A stretch of 64,000 nucleotides of DNA from Batkoa obscura (GCA_030770535.1 JASVEC010000029.1:62001-126000); one strand, 5' to 3'; counted from the stretch's first letter, positions 12,456-25,415 are shown. The notes: a model not told the origin generated them from the letters alone. Translations and numbers: made by a program.

Positions 12456-12995
12456 ATGATACATATCCACGCTTTACCTCAAACCCTAAAAAATATGAAA
12501 TTGAATCATATTAAAGAATCTATCTTTAGTAACCATCATTACTTAAACAAATTAAGTAATCCTCAACCAAAGACTTTATTAAATAAAGTTACTATTGGTG
12601 CCCGTGCTAACCCAAGTAAACCTCATTTTACAACTCAACCCAAATACACCATGTTATGGTGGAAAGATGTCTTGATAGTAGGTACTGTATTCTCAATTAC
12701 TGGTTCCTTAAGTTTGAAATTAGTACAGCCAAGTTTAAATTTTGTGGGCATTCAAGGTAATTTTAAAGATGGTCCATGGACATATCGTGCTGCTCATTTA
12801 ACTTTATCACCACCTTCTTGGTGTTTAATGTTGGTTACCATTGGTACTTTATTCGGTAAACAAGCTTATTTTGCTGCTGTTGCTAAAAGAGTATTATCAA
12901 GGTTTATGATCGGTTCTAAAATTAAATCAGCGTTACTAACTAAAGCTGGTGTCCATCATCCTTCATCATCGCTTCTTAAGTCTATTAAATATTAA
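12456..12995 (+). CDS. Small membrane protein resembling DUF6787, possible mitochondrial presequence
   Basis: VFSITGS...IGTLFG(K)Q hydrophobic segments as I recall them for DUF6787; basic, acid-poor N-terminal extension. Confidence 0.55.
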   Translation: MIHIHALPQTLKNMKLNHIKESIFSNHHYLNKLSNPQPKTLLNKVTIGARANPSKPHFTTQPKYTMLWWKDVLIVGTVFSITGSLSLKLVQPSLNFVGIQGNFKDGPWTYRAAHLTLSPPSWCLMLVTIGTLFGKQAYFAAVAKRVLSRFMIGSKIKSALLTKAGVHHPSSSLLKSIKY

Positions 12996-13865
12996 GATTT
13001 ATTATGCTCTTAAATAGACTAAAAGAGTCTGTTTCAGTACTGGATTTCAACTATTAGAATTTGTATTATTTCTCTCCCTTCTCCCTTCTCCCTTCTCCCT
13101 TTCACCCTATTTTGGTGTTAATAAAAAAATTCATTTTTTTATAATTGTTGTTTTATTGTAACGGCTTTTTGTTTAACAATCTTAATAGCACGTTGGCTAG
13201 CGGATACTTGGCTTATTTTAAATTCTCTATTTTTCAAAATAAAAATTAGATGTTTTTATTATGATGTAAGTTGGTTGTTAACATTGTGTTTCAATACAAA
13301 TAATAATAGTTTTGGATATTATGTAAATAGCTTAAAGTTTCATATTTTATTAATTTTGAAAGTTAAGATTTTTAAGTTCAATTTAAGTCAATTTTAATTA
13401 AATAAAAAATTGAGTCCATGATCGTCATTAGGTAAAATTAAGTAAACAATAATAATTACAAAGTTAATAAAGTGTAATAACTATCTAATAAATGAACAAG
13501 ATAAATGATCATTATGTATATTTTTTATATATTTTTTATACTATTTTCTATAAAATACAGTGTACAATGTACCCTACAATATATAAAGCGCCTAATAAAA
13601 TTTTAAACTCAAAAAATAAATATTAATAAAAAAGGTAAAAAGTAATAAAAACAGCCAAAAATGATGGACAAAAAGATAACAGCAAAAAGAAGAAGATATT
13701 CCAAAATACTTGGAAAACTAGTAAAAACAATCAACTATAACAAATGTGACACATTAATCATTATAAAATAAAGCACTTATAACTTTCTCTTTGCTTTTTT
13801 TAACCTTTAATAAAACTTCAATAGCCGGTCTATATTAAAAATATAATTATATTAACATATACATA

Positions 13866-15911
13866 ATGAAATTAAATACAGTAACTTTAATTTCATTATC
13901 ATGGAGTGTATTAAATGCATCCGTATTAAATAAAAATGAACAAAGTGAAGAAAAGAAAGATTATGAATCAAAATCGATAGATAATGCTCCAAAAGGAAAT
14001 ACAACCTTGACAGAAGAACCGATTCCAGGTGTAGATTTTGCTGATTTTGATACTGGTGTTGAACTAAAACAAGATAATTCACGAGGTCCCATTATTTGGT
14101 ATTTAGGCTATCTATTTTACAAAAAACATTTTGCCAAATGTAAAGATCTCGGTAAAGAAAATTGTTGTTATGGTAAAGATAATGACGGTTGTTGTATTGG
14201 AGGAACCGCTGGGCAATGTATACCATGTCCAGGTCCTAATTGTCCCATAAAATGTTTAACTGGAAATGAGCCTGGTTGCCCACCACCACCATGTCCAGGA
14301 CCATTATGTCCCAATCCAAATTGCCCAGGACCAAGATGTCCTTATATTTGTCCAGGACCATTATGTCCAAAAATTTGTCCAGGACCAAGATGTCCAATCC
14401 GTTGTCCAGGGCCCAATTGCCCAGTACCTTGTCCAGGACCATTATGTCCAGTGCCTTGTGTTGGACCATCATGTGGTGTAATTACTTGTCCACCACAAAT
14501 TTGTAATGTAGATTTTAATGGACGTCCAATTGTTTTTAATGTTAATATTAATAAGAATATTATTATTAATAAAAATGGAAGGAAATGTGTTATTGTTCCA
14601 GGTGCTAATGGTCCCTTGAAGATTTGTTCAGGGGATAACAATATTGAATGTGAAAGAAAAAACGGCCAATATGAAGTTCGAATTAAAAATCCATTAGATA
14701 AAGATTTGCAAATTAGTCCACAACCAGTTAATTCAATTGATGATTTACCCGATTTATCTTTAACTCCTGGTGAAAGTAGTAGCAATAGTAGCTCAGATAG
14801 TCAAAGAGATACTGGTGCTGCTACCGGTTCTAATTTTGATCCTGAATGTGATGTTGATTCTCCAGTTTGGTCAAATGATGGTCAACAAGGTGGTCAGTTT
14901 GGAGGACAACAGGGAGGCCAGTTTGGTGGTATACAAGGTGGATCTTTTGGCGGACAACAAGGAGGGTCATTTGGAGGACAATTCAGTGGACAACAAGGAG
15001 GGCAATTCGGTGGACAACAAGGAGGACAATTCGGTGATATGCAAGGGGGATCTTTTGATGGTCAACAAGGAGGGTCATTTGGAGGACAATTCGGTGGACA
15101 ACAAGGAGGGCCATTTGGAGGACAATTCGGTGGACAACAAGGAGGGCCATTTGGAGGACAACAAGGAGGATCATTTGGAGGACAACAAGGAGGGTCATTT
15201 GGAGGACAATTCGGTGGACAACAAGGAGGTATGCAAGGCGGATCCTTTGGAGGCCAATTTGGAGGATCACAAGGATCATCTGGTGATATAGAAGTGACAC
15301 CAGAAAATCAAGCACACTTTACAGGTGGTAGTAAAGGGAGTTCTCAAGGTGGTCAATTCGGAGGTCAATTTGGCGGATCACAAGGAGGTATGCAAGGAGG
15401 ATCCTTCGGTAGTATGCAAGGTGGCCAACAAGGAGGATCTCAAGGGATTCAATTTGGTGGTCATCAGGGCGAACCTTTTGGCGGATATTTTGGTGGACAA
15501 GCTGGCGGTATGCAAGGTGGACAATCCGGTGGATTACAAGGAAGTATGCAAGGTGGACCCTTTGGTGGTCAATTTGGAAGCCAAGCAGGAGCCAGTGGAA
15601 GCTCACAAGGACAAGCTGGAATGACAGAAATTACACCCGAAAATGTTGCTCAGTTTACAGGCGGTAGCCAAGGAGGTATGCAAGGCGGATCTCAAAGTGG
15701 ATTCAGTATGCAACATGGCGGCTTCCAAGGCGGCTTCCAGCAAAGTCAACAAGGTAATTTACAACATGGTGGCTTTCAACAAATACAAAAAAGTAGTTTA
15801 CAACATGGTGGCTTTCAGAACGGCGGATTTCAAGGTAAATCTCTTGCACCACCACCTAAACCTGAAGAGAAAAAAGCAGGTATCTTTAGCTTTTTGAAAA
15901 AGAATAAATAA
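13866..15911 (+). CDS. Putative secreted structural protein with CPGP(L/R/N)CP repeats and a long GGQ(F/Q)GG low-complexity region
   Basis: 681-aa intronless ORF; signal-like start; ~10 CPGP units; ~300 aa Gly/Gln/Phe/Ser repeats. Confidence 0.8.
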   Translation: MKLNTVTLISLSWSVLNASVLNKNEQSEEKKDYESKSIDNAPKGNTTLTEEPIPGVDFADFDTGVELKQDNSRGPIIWYLGYLFYKKHFAKCKDLGKENCCYGKDNDGCCIGGTAGQCIPCPGPNCPIKCLTGNEPGCPPPPCPGPLCPNPNCPGPRCPYICPGPLCPKICPGPRCPIRCPGPNCPVPCPGPLCPVPCVGPSCGVITCPPQICNVDFNGRPIVFNVNINKNIIINKNGRKCVIVPGANGPLKICSGDNNIECERKNGQYEVRIKNPLDKDLQISPQPVNSIDDLPDLSLTPGESSSNSSSDSQRDTGAATGSNFDPECDVDSPVWSNDGQQGGQFGGQQGGQFGGIQGGSFGGQQGGSFGGQFSGQQGGQFGGQQGGQFGDMQGGSFDGQQGGSFGGQFGGQQGGPFGGQFGGQQGGPFGGQQGGSFGGQQGGSFGGQFGGQQGGMQGGSFGGQFGGSQGSSGDIEVTPENQAHFTGGSKGSSQGGQFGGQFGGSQGGMQGGSFGSMQGGQQGGSQGIQFGGHQGEPFGGYFGGQAGGMQGGQSGGLQGSMQGGPFGGQFGSQAGASGSSQGQAGMTEITPENVAQFTGGSQGGMQGGSQSGFSMQHGGFQGGFQQSQQGNLQHGGFQQIQKSSLQHGGFQNGGFQGKSLAPPPKPEEKKAGIFSFLKKNK

Positions 15912-16203
15912 GATATCAGGTTTAAGGAGATATGTTTTATAAAAAAGTACCAAATAAATAGATATTTTGACTACTGTGTTATTTGATAATTTATTCAATA
16001 GCTGTTTTATATGATGAAAATTCGATTATTATTATTAAGTTTAAATCCAATTATTGTTATTATCATTTAGTTTTATTCTTTTTATAGTAATATTATTAAA
16101 AATTGCTTTCTTTACCAATAAAACTGAACTTCAAGTACAAAATCAAAATTATTAAACGTCATTTCTTTAATTATTTTATCTCAAATTCAACTTCCAACTA
16201 AGT

Positions 16204-18245
16204 ATGCCTAGGGAAATAATAACAGTACAAGCAGGACAATGTGGAAATCAAAGTAACTAATTTCAATAAAACAAAATAAAATTAAACCAAACTGGTTATT
16301 AAAATTATTGATTAGTTGGTCAAGTATTTTGGGAGCAATTATGTGCCGAGCATGGAATCAGTCCGGATGGAATATTAGAACCTTATGCAACAAATAACGC
16401 AGGAGATAGAAAGGATGTATTTTTTTATCAAGTAAGTTGAAATATGAAACTAATAATCTTCTAATCCAAAATCACATCTAATCCAACATATTAATTTTCA
16501 TCTATAGGCAGATGATGAGCAATATATTCCACGAGCAATACTAGTTGATTTAGAACCAAGGGTTATACAAACAATTAATAATTCAGCATATTCGAAACTA
16601 TATAATCCAGAAAATATGTTTATTGGGGAAGATGGGGGTGGGGCTGGTAATATTTGGGCTCATGGCTATGAGCAAGGGGATAGTGTATTAGAAAATTTTA
16701 TTGATATGACCGATAGAGAAGCAGATGGGTCGGATTCATTGGAGGTAAGAGACATTGAATTAAATTTAATAAGTAAGTAAGTTAGGAATATTAAATGAAT
16801 AATAGGGTTTTATGTTATTACATTCGATTGCAGGAGGTACCGGTAGTGGATTAGGTTCCTTTTTCTTAGAAAATTTAAATGATCGATATCCGAAAAAGAT
16901 CATACAAACATATTCCGTATTTCCGAATAATGAAAAATCTTCTGATGTTGTCGTTGGACCATATAATTCTTTATTATCTTTGAAAAGATTAACTCAAAAC
17001 GCAGATTCTGTTGTAGGTAAATTATTATATTTTTATTGGATAAGTTTTATTTATAAACGAATTCATGTGTAGGTTGTGTTGGATAATGGTGCCTTAGAAA
17101 GAATTGCTACTGATAGATTACATATTCAAAACCCTACTTTTCAACAAACTAATCATTTGGTAAATCTAGATATTGAATTTAAAATTTTATTTGTTTTATA
17201 TCAAAATATAAATTAGATATCAACTGTTATGTCTGCCTCTACTACCACTTTAAGGTACCCGGGTTATATGAATAATGATTTAGTTGGATTAATTGCATCT
17301 TTAATACCAACACCAAAATGTCATTATTTAATGACTTCCTATACACCATTTGTAGCTGATGGAGTAGCAGCGGTAATTTTTTTGATATATTATTAATTAA
17401 TTTATAAGATTAAATTTAATATTCAAATTTTTATAGTCAGTAAGAAAAACGACTGTATTAGACGTAATGCGTCGATTATTACAACCGAGTAATAAGATGG
17501 TGACAACTAATCCAACTAAAAAATCATGTTATATTTCTTTATTGAATATAATTCAAGGGGAAGCAGATCCAACGGAAGTATGTTATATATTATATTATAT
17601 TCTTTTGTTGGACACGATTTAATTGATTTCATTTTTTTATTAAAGGTTCATAAATCCTTAATACGTATTCGAGAACGTAGATTAGCCCAATTTATCCCAT
17701 GGGGGCCAGCCAGTATCCAAGTAGCCTTAACACAGAAATCACCTTATGTACAAACGAGTCACAAAGTATCTGGATTGATGTTAGCCAACCATACATCCAT
17801 TACACAAGTAACTATCTGATTCTATATTAGAATTTATTTTGAATTTTTTTTTTTAGTTATTTAAAAGAACCTTGGATCAATATACTAGATTAATGAGTCG
17901 CAAAGCTTACATTGATAATTATAAAAAATATCCCATATTTTCAGATGGATTTGAAGAGTTTGATTCGTCAAGGTAATATTAACAATTTATTCTTCTAATT
18001 TCTATTTAATATAATATATATTTAATTTATTTATTATTATAATAGAGAAGTGGTATTAGATTTAATGAATGAATATCATGCTTGTGAATCTCCTGATTTT
18101 GTTTCAAGAGTAAGCTTTTGTTTAAATTTATTATTGCCCCATTATTTGTTTGATTTTTATTTATTTATTTTATTAGCAATCAACTCCTGTTCCTACACCA
18201 ACCAGTTCTAGTCGACCTATTAGTTATAGAGGTTCTTATGAATAA
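16204..18245 (+). CDS. TUBG1: Gamma-tubulin, multi-exon
   Basis: [16 protein letters not shown] start, [57 protein letters not shown]; about ten short introns. Confidence 0.95.
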
Positions 18246-19188
18246 TTATTAGTTTATTTGACATATTAATTTTATTTTATTTTTAATATTTTTAATATTG
18301 TTTATGTAAAGTTAATTACAGTGATTTTTTTAAAAATCAATTCAACGTTTAAAGGGACTTATAGCTGGTATATTTTTTTAAGTAAAACTATGATAAATCT
18401 CAAAGAAATCGAATTTAACTAAAATTGATCATTTTTAAAACTCAAAAGCTGCTAAGGCTTAATGTTTTATTTACAGAAAGAAAATCCAGCTAATTAATAG
18501 TCGAAGAGAATTTAAATAGGACAAAGTTTTTAAATTTTCATAAAATAGGAATTACTATTATAAGTTCTGTATCCTAAAAGATTTTAGTAAAATTTTTAAT
18601 AGAGATCGCGCTTTGAGATATGTGGAAGTGATTAAAAATATACTCAAACTCAATAAAGATAAGGTTTTTATACCTTATGTATAGGGAAGTTGTCAGGACC
18701 ATTAATTAAATCTAATACTATAATTAGTCAAGATTCAATACAAATTGAGCGCTTCTTGAAAACTAATATAAAGAAGATCAACAGCAAAGCTGTTGCTAAT
18801 TTTGATCGCATATATATTGAGTTGGATACTGGATGGAGTTAATTAATGGATTTTATACTCATAGAAAGTATATAAGTGATTGGAACTCTTCCTATAAAAT
18901 CTCTCTTTATTGGGAGTTTCTTTATTTGTTTTAGAAAATAAAACCATGCTTTTAAACCTTATTAGTTGCATTGATATAATCTAGTCCAAAGTATAATGTT
19001 TACTTTCTATTTGTTCAGGAAGGCTTTAGAACTTCCCATCACCGTTGGTTAAGGATTGAGCTTATCTTATATTACCTTTGCCGACTTATGAGTTGGTACA
19101 TCGCTAGATCTAAGGACTTCAAAGCCCTTACGGTTTATATATACAGCTTTACCAGAAGGTGGGACAATGGTTTATCCATTAAATATAG

Positions 19189-19260
19189 CTTTTTCCATTT
19201 TTTAAGCGCTATTTGAGTGGAAGGATTGTTAGTAAAATTCTTTAAAAAAAATACATCCCC
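19189..19260 (+). mobile_element. 99-bp MITE, copy 4 (left end truncated)
   Basis: Core and right TIR ACATCCCC present, left TIR missing. Confidence 0.85.
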
Positions 19261-19515
19261 ATGTAATTTAAAAAGTTAAAGTGAAACTAGATTTATTTGA
19301 TATCACTTACTATGCAATAGAGTATAATCAAAATAGTATTCTTCAATAAAAACCATACATGAAATGGTAACATTTTATATTAATACTTCTCTAATCGCTA
19401 AAGTTGGATTAATTTACAAGGAATGTCGTGAAACAAAGAATTATTAAAACAGTATAAATCGAATCTAAAATATAATTCTACTATAAAAAGATCAACTAAA
19501 TTTAATCCAATTGCA

Positions 19516-20088
19516 ATGAACTCTTACCTTACTTTACTATTATTATCTGCTTTAGTAAGCGATGTCTTTGGTTATCCAAGTAACAGGTTACTTAAAAGTG
19601 ATATTGAAGAGTTCCGTGAGCTGAATGAGGAAGGGAAGGAAATGATCTGTCGATTGAATGCTTTACGTCGAAAAAATGGTAAAAAGGATGTACTTTTAGA
19701 TCGCCGTACAATGCTTGCAGCACAAAAACATGCTGAGGGAATGAAGTAACATAATAAATTCACACATGAAGGTTTTACATCAAAAACTAAAGGGTTTATG
19801 GATCGTATTCATTTAGAAGGTTATGCAGGTGGTCAGAATATTTGTCAAGGTTCCGGTAATGTTGTAGATATTTTAACTTGCTGGAAAAATTCCCCAAATC
19901 ACTTTAAAGTTATGATGACTGATTATCAATGCTTTGGCTATGGTAGAGATCATAAACTTTGGGTTCAAGATTTTGCTAATGATGATAGGTGTATTGGTTA
20001 TGATGATATTAATTGTTCAAAATATGCAATAGATGAAGGTTTAAAGCAATCTTTAGAAGGTGAGGAGCCTCAATTAGAGGATAACTAA
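19516..20088 (+). pseudogene. CAP/SCP-domain gene copy with in-frame premature stop
   Basis: Collinear with the first half of 20972..22042; TAA at 19747-19749 where the paralog has CAA; the same frame continues to 20088. Confidence 0.8.
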
Positions 20089-20462
20089 AGCTATACCAAA
20101 CCACCAAAAAGAAAATCTCTTAAGTCAACTCATATTGAACACGGTAGATATTAAACTATTAAAAGATTAAAAAAATGTTATGAGAATTTTTCTAAAAATT
20201 GTAATGTTTTAAATAAATTTAACCATTTTATTCATAATCACTATAAAATACTGTTACGTTGTTAAATAATACTTAATTAGTACATACTTTATTTAATTTT
20301 ATTAATATTAAATTAATAAATCAAGTTACACAAACTTAATAACAAAGATAATAAACTCAAACATATCCCAAATAGTTCTATAAATTTAAATAAGATAATT
20401 TATTGATTTTAGCTAATTTCAGTCAATTATAATTCAATAACACAAAATATTAAGATAGATAT

Positions 20463-20559
20463 GCGGATGTATTTTTGTTCAAGAATTTTACTAACAATTT
20501 TTCCGCTCAAATAGCGCTCAAAAAATGGAAAAAATAATGAAACCAAAAAAAACATCCTC
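20463..20559 (-). mobile_element. 99-bp MITE, copy 5
   Basis: TIRs and core; flanks ATAT/ATAT. Confidence 0.9.
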
Positions 20560-20971
20560 ATATTACATTTTATATTAGTACTTTTTTAAAGACATAGGAG
20601 CAGATACATATAAGACAATAAACGGATAGCTCCTATAACTTAAATTAAAAATTTAAGTATGGATTAATTGAAAAAGTAATATTACTACTAATACATATAT
20701 GGTAATTTTTTAAAAGTAAATTAAAATATAATTACCATTATTTCACAATAATAACGAAGTATAAAATAAATTCTAAGAAGAGTTATTATAGAGAATGATT
20801 ATACAAATAATGTTATTAATAATAATAATGTTATATAATAGTATAGCTATAATATAATTAATTGGATGAAATAAATAGAATACTTTAAAGTTTGAATATA
20901 ATAATATAAATACTGAAATAAACATCACAATTCAATCATAAAAAAACTGTTTAATTATTGATCTAATTAAA

Positions 20972-22042
20972 ATGCAATTCTACTTTACTATATTGTTATT
21001 ATCTAGTTTAACTAGCAACATCCTTGCTTATCCAAGTAACAGGTTACTTAAGAGAGATGGAGAAGGGCCCCGCCAACTCAGTGAGGAAGGGAAGGAAATG
21101 ATCTGTCGATTGAATGCTTTACGTCGAGAAAATGGTAAAAAAGACATACTTTTAGATTATCGTGTTATGGAAGCAGCACAAAAACATGCCTCAGCAATGA
21201 AGCAAAATGATAACTTAACACATGATGGATTTACCGCAGAGACCAAAGAATTTATAGATCGTGTTCATCTTGAAGGTTACACTGGTGGCGCTGGTGCTGA
21301 AAATATTTGTCAAGGTTCTGGTAATGTTGTAGACGTTTTAACTTGTTGGAAAAATTCACCTGGTCACCTTGAAAATATGCTAAGCGACAATGAATGCTTT
21401 GGTTATGGTAGAGATGACTTTTTCTGGGTCCAAGATTTTGTTAGTGGTGATAAATGTCAAGGCTATGGGGATATTGATTGTACTCCATATAGTATTGATC
21501 AAGGTTTGAGTCAATCTTCTGGAACAAGTTCATCTCAACCAGAGTATAAGAAACTTGGTGATGAGAAACCAGATGAGAAGCCAAATACGCCAGCCTCTGG
21601 TAACGGTAATCTCGGCGAAGAGGATATTGAAATGATATGCCGAGTTAATGAAGTTCGTCGCCGAGCTGGTAAAGAGCCAATTAAATATGATACTCGTATC
21701 AAAGCAGCTGCTCAAAAGCATGCTGAAGCAATGAAAGAACATCAATCCCTAAGACATGAAGGCTTTACTGAAGAAACACAAGGGTTTATGGATCGAGCAG
21801 TACTTGAAGGATTCCCCACTAATTCTGCTGGTACCGAAAATGTTGCTTCTGGTATAGGTACTGTTAAAGAAGCCGTCGATGCTTGGATTAATTCAGCAGG
21901 TCACTATGAAAATATGATATCTGATACCAAATGCTTTGGTTATGGAAAATCGGATATGTATTGGAGTCAAACTTTTGCTCTTAAAGAAGGAGAAGAGTGC
22001 AACGTTCAAGAATCAATTGATTGTAGCAAGTTTGGCTTTTAA
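20972..22042 (+). CDS. Secreted protein with two tandem CAP (SCP/PR-1) domains
   Basis: Signal peptide, LLKR processing site; twice N..RR..G, AAQKHA..M, H, EN(I/V), W.NS.GH.ENM, CFGYG, W.Q.F. Confidence 0.9.
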   Translation: MQFYFTILLLSSLTSNILAYPSNRLLKRDGEGPRQLSEEGKEMICRLNALRRENGKKDILLDYRVMEAAQKHASAMKQNDNLTHDGFTAETKEFIDRVHLEGYTGGAGAENICQGSGNVVDVLTCWKNSPGHLENMLSDNECFGYGRDDFFWVQDFVSGDKCQGYGDIDCTPYSIDQGLSQSSGTSSSQPEYKKLGDEKPDEKPNTPASGNGNLGEEDIEMICRVNEVRRRAGKEPIKYDTRIKAAAQKHAEAMKEHQSLRHEGFTEETQGFMDRAVLEGFPTNSAGTENVASGIGTVKEAVDAWINSAGHYENMISDTKCFGYGKSDMYWSQTFALKEGEECNVQESIDCSKFGF

Positions 22043-22884
22043 GTAATTATCGTTTTGTAGTCAATAAATTAATTCTTTTTTTGCTGCTACTTTTCAAAAG
22101 CAATTTCACTTTTTTAATTTTATTAGTTATGCTAATGTGAAAATTAAGATTTTTTGTATTAATTTCATTAAAACTAATATATGTAAAGTGTATAATTAGT
22201 TTTAAAGTAAAGTTTTATTTAAATATATCATATATTTTAGGGGTTATATTTTGATCAAATAATTGAATTTTATAGCAAACAGCCACTACTATTATTGTAA
22301 AAAGGTTATTGATTAAAAGCGGTAATGTTTAATCTTAATTCGAAGTCGAGGATGCAATAAATGAACTGTTTATATATATTGCCTAAAATAATGATCTAGT
22401 ATAGGTCATTTAATTTTGACGCTAAATTCTATCTAATGTGTTTTTCTATAGATAGATCCTTATATTTATTTAAGTATCGTTTTTTATTGTCAAATAGACA
22501 TTTTAAAAGCTTAGTAGGCTTCTTTTGTTGCGGCCTTCCATTTAACTACATATTCAATTATCTTATATCTGATAGCTATGTGACTTCAAATAAATTTTAA
22601 AGTATGTCATAATAATTATTATCATTCTTCAATGATATTGAAAAAACATCTTAGCAAATTTTACTTAAAAGGATACTCAGAGGTATCAAAATTGAAAAAA
22701 GTAGGCTAAGGTATTAAATAAAAATAAACTATACATACGTGATCAATTTATAATGATTAATTGATAAGTAAAGTAACAAATTTCTTTTACCATTTATTCA
22801 GATATCAAATCTAAAAAAATCCAATGAAATTGATCGTTTAGATATTATTTTTATGTAATTATCTTAAAAAGCAAAATATTATAT

Positions 22885-22982
22885 GGGGATGTTTTTTTGC
22901 CTTCATTACTTTTTCCATTTTTTAAGCGCTATTTGAGCGGAAAAATTGGTAGTAAAGTTCTTAAACAAAAAAATACATCCCC
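22885..22982 (+). mobile_element. 99-bp MITE, copy 6
   Basis: TIRs and core; flanks ATAT/ATAT. Confidence 0.9.
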
Positions 22983-23830
22983 ATATGCTTATACAAAAAA
23001 CCAAGGGACAATATAAAAGTAGTAAAGAAACTTAAATGGAAGAAACAAAAACCATAAAAGCAGTTATAAATAACCATTATGAAAAATAGTTCAAAATGAG
23101 TACCCAGATCAAAGGAATTGCAATCTTATTTTTACTTGTTTTGTGATAACGAATTTGCTTCAAGAGTAAGCTTACGATTTAAGTTATTGCTCTAATCTGA
23201 AACTATTGAATTCAACTTGCTTCGGGTAGTCTAATAAACCCCTTTTTCACTATATCCTTCTCTATTTAACTTTTGAGGTCTTATCATCATCCCAGCTCTT
23301 GTGTTCTTACAAAATAAAAAAACTTGGTGTACTAGTTGGTTTTAATGATTTTAAAAAATTTCTATTTCGAGAAACAACTATTAATAAAACAATACTTTAA
23401 GAATATTAGCAATTTTTTAATTATAACAATTATTGGTTTTTAAAGTTCAGTATTGAACTATACTTGCAAATTCTTTATGAAATAAAATTCAAAACTATGT
23501 AATTTATTTTACATGATTAAGTTATAAAATATACAAAATATCTTGACTAAATCTATCTTGTAAACATGTTGAAATAAAACGCTTAAACCAACACATAAAA
23601 AAATATATCCATATTATATCAAATAACATAAATTTATAAGATTTTAAAAAAACTAATTTTTTAATGGAAGTTTAATGAATGTCAATAAAAATAGGATTAA
23701 TACAGCAGAGACCAATATAAGAGCAAAACACTATCTTCGCTTAATTTACTGCATATTTGAATTATTCATAACCTTGAATCAATGCCATGCGATAGTATAA
23801 ATACTGAGATAAATATATTCTTTATTTAAG

Positions 23831-25415
23831 ATATTTTTACTTTTACTCACCTTATTTTTTTCAATAATTAAATTAAGTGCTACATCTCCAAAGAGCAATC
23901 AGCGAAGAATGTATAGAAATAAATGATGAAGTATATTATATAAGCGGATTTATATCACTCCCGAATCTAAACATAACGAATGATGCCAACAAAGAAATTT
24001 TCAAACTTGATTTTGAAAAAGAGATAACTATACCTAATAATGGGCATTATGGGAAAGATAGAATGGGGATATGTTTTTTAGTTTAACAATTTTACTAACA
24101 ATTTTTCCTCTCAAATAGCGCTTAAAAAAAGGAAAAAGTGATGAAACAAAAAAATACCTCCAATGCTATCAATACGCCCAATTTTTTTTACTAATTCAAA
24201 ACTATTTTACGTCCATAATTTTAACAAAAAAAAAGCAATTCTTAATTTCTTTACTGGTAGCTTTGATACATTTATAGAAATCTATTACTTTGATATTGAT
24301 AGATATGAGTGGTACAACAGATATTTAATTAAAGAGATTTCATATGATTCGAAAGTAGAAAACCTTGGCGATCATTATAGTGGATACTCAACCCTACAAA
24401 GCGAAACTGATGCAAAGCAGTTTTGTATAGCTGGGCATTTATACAGTGCTGAATTCAAGAAGGATATAACTTATTAGATAAAACTATTTGATATCGAATC
24501 AAGGCAAATCGAAACTGTTTATGAATCATCAAAAAAGATAAAATATAATTTAATATTATTTAAAACAGTCAACTATATTATTATCAAATATTAATAAAGG
24601 ACAATATATAATATATTAATTATAGCGTGTTGTGTGGGTTAGATCTACCAACATTTGAAACAATTTCCCATGGTATATCTTTTAAAAAGTATCCTGAAGT
24701 TTGATTTGTAAAGATTAGTCAAACAATGTACTTTATTGGATCCGAAAGAAATGATACCATCAATTTAGTTGATATATTTAAATTACAAACATAGCCATCT
24801 ACATTTACTAAAATAAATAAGGTATTTACAATATGTGTTTGGAGATGCTTTACTAATCATAAGTATTGTATAGTAAATTCATTTGGCTTTAAATTCGTCT
24901 ACTATTTAGACGGATCCCTTTTTGAAAGTTCAGATAAAACACAAATATCAGACACTAAGACTTGAGAAAATGTTGAAACGTTGTCTCCATTGTTAAAAGG
25001 AAATGATACTACAAGCGATAGCTCAAGAGCTTCTATCGATAGTGCAAGCCTTGGAGCTATAATTGGTGGTACTATAGGGGAGATAGTTAGCCTTGTTATA
25101 ATTTTAGTAGGCATATTTTATATATACTCCAGACGTAAATTGAAAAGAGAAAAGCCTTCGAGTATTATTACTGATCTAATTTTTATCGACCCGAACGTTC
25201 ATTTAAATAGCAATAACAATAATGATAACAGTGATGTTTTTTCTCACTCTCATAAAATCGATGATAATAAGGCTGGGCTAACTGGCAATTTAAACTTGAA
25301 TCAAATAGGAAATATGAATATAGTTAATCAAGAGAATTGTTAAGTTAATGAAACTACTCTTGACCATTCTTCAGAGTCCAGAGAAGATAACACAAGAATA
25401 CCATCAACTTTGTAA
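23831..25415 (+). pseudogene. Kelch-like membrane protein pseudogene (paralog 3), MITE-interrupted
   Basis: Fragments match 4484..5962 end to end; ATG apparently changed to ATA, several stops and frameshifts, MITE at 24065-24161. Confidence 0.85.
24065..24161 (-). mobile_element. 99-bp MITE, copy 7, inside the Kelch pseudogene
   Basis: Inserted in the WERYN-A codons; AAT duplicated on both sides. Confidence 0.9.

Noticed and set aside
14236..15998. Many overlapping alternative-frame and antisense ORFs
   Set aside because: Shadow frames of the low-complexity 13866..15911 gene.
23140..23195. TTCAAGAGTAAGCTT match to the gamma-tubulin penultimate exon/intron junction (~18103)
   Set aside because: Only ~15 bp exact in AT-rich DNA; I could not extend it convincingly.
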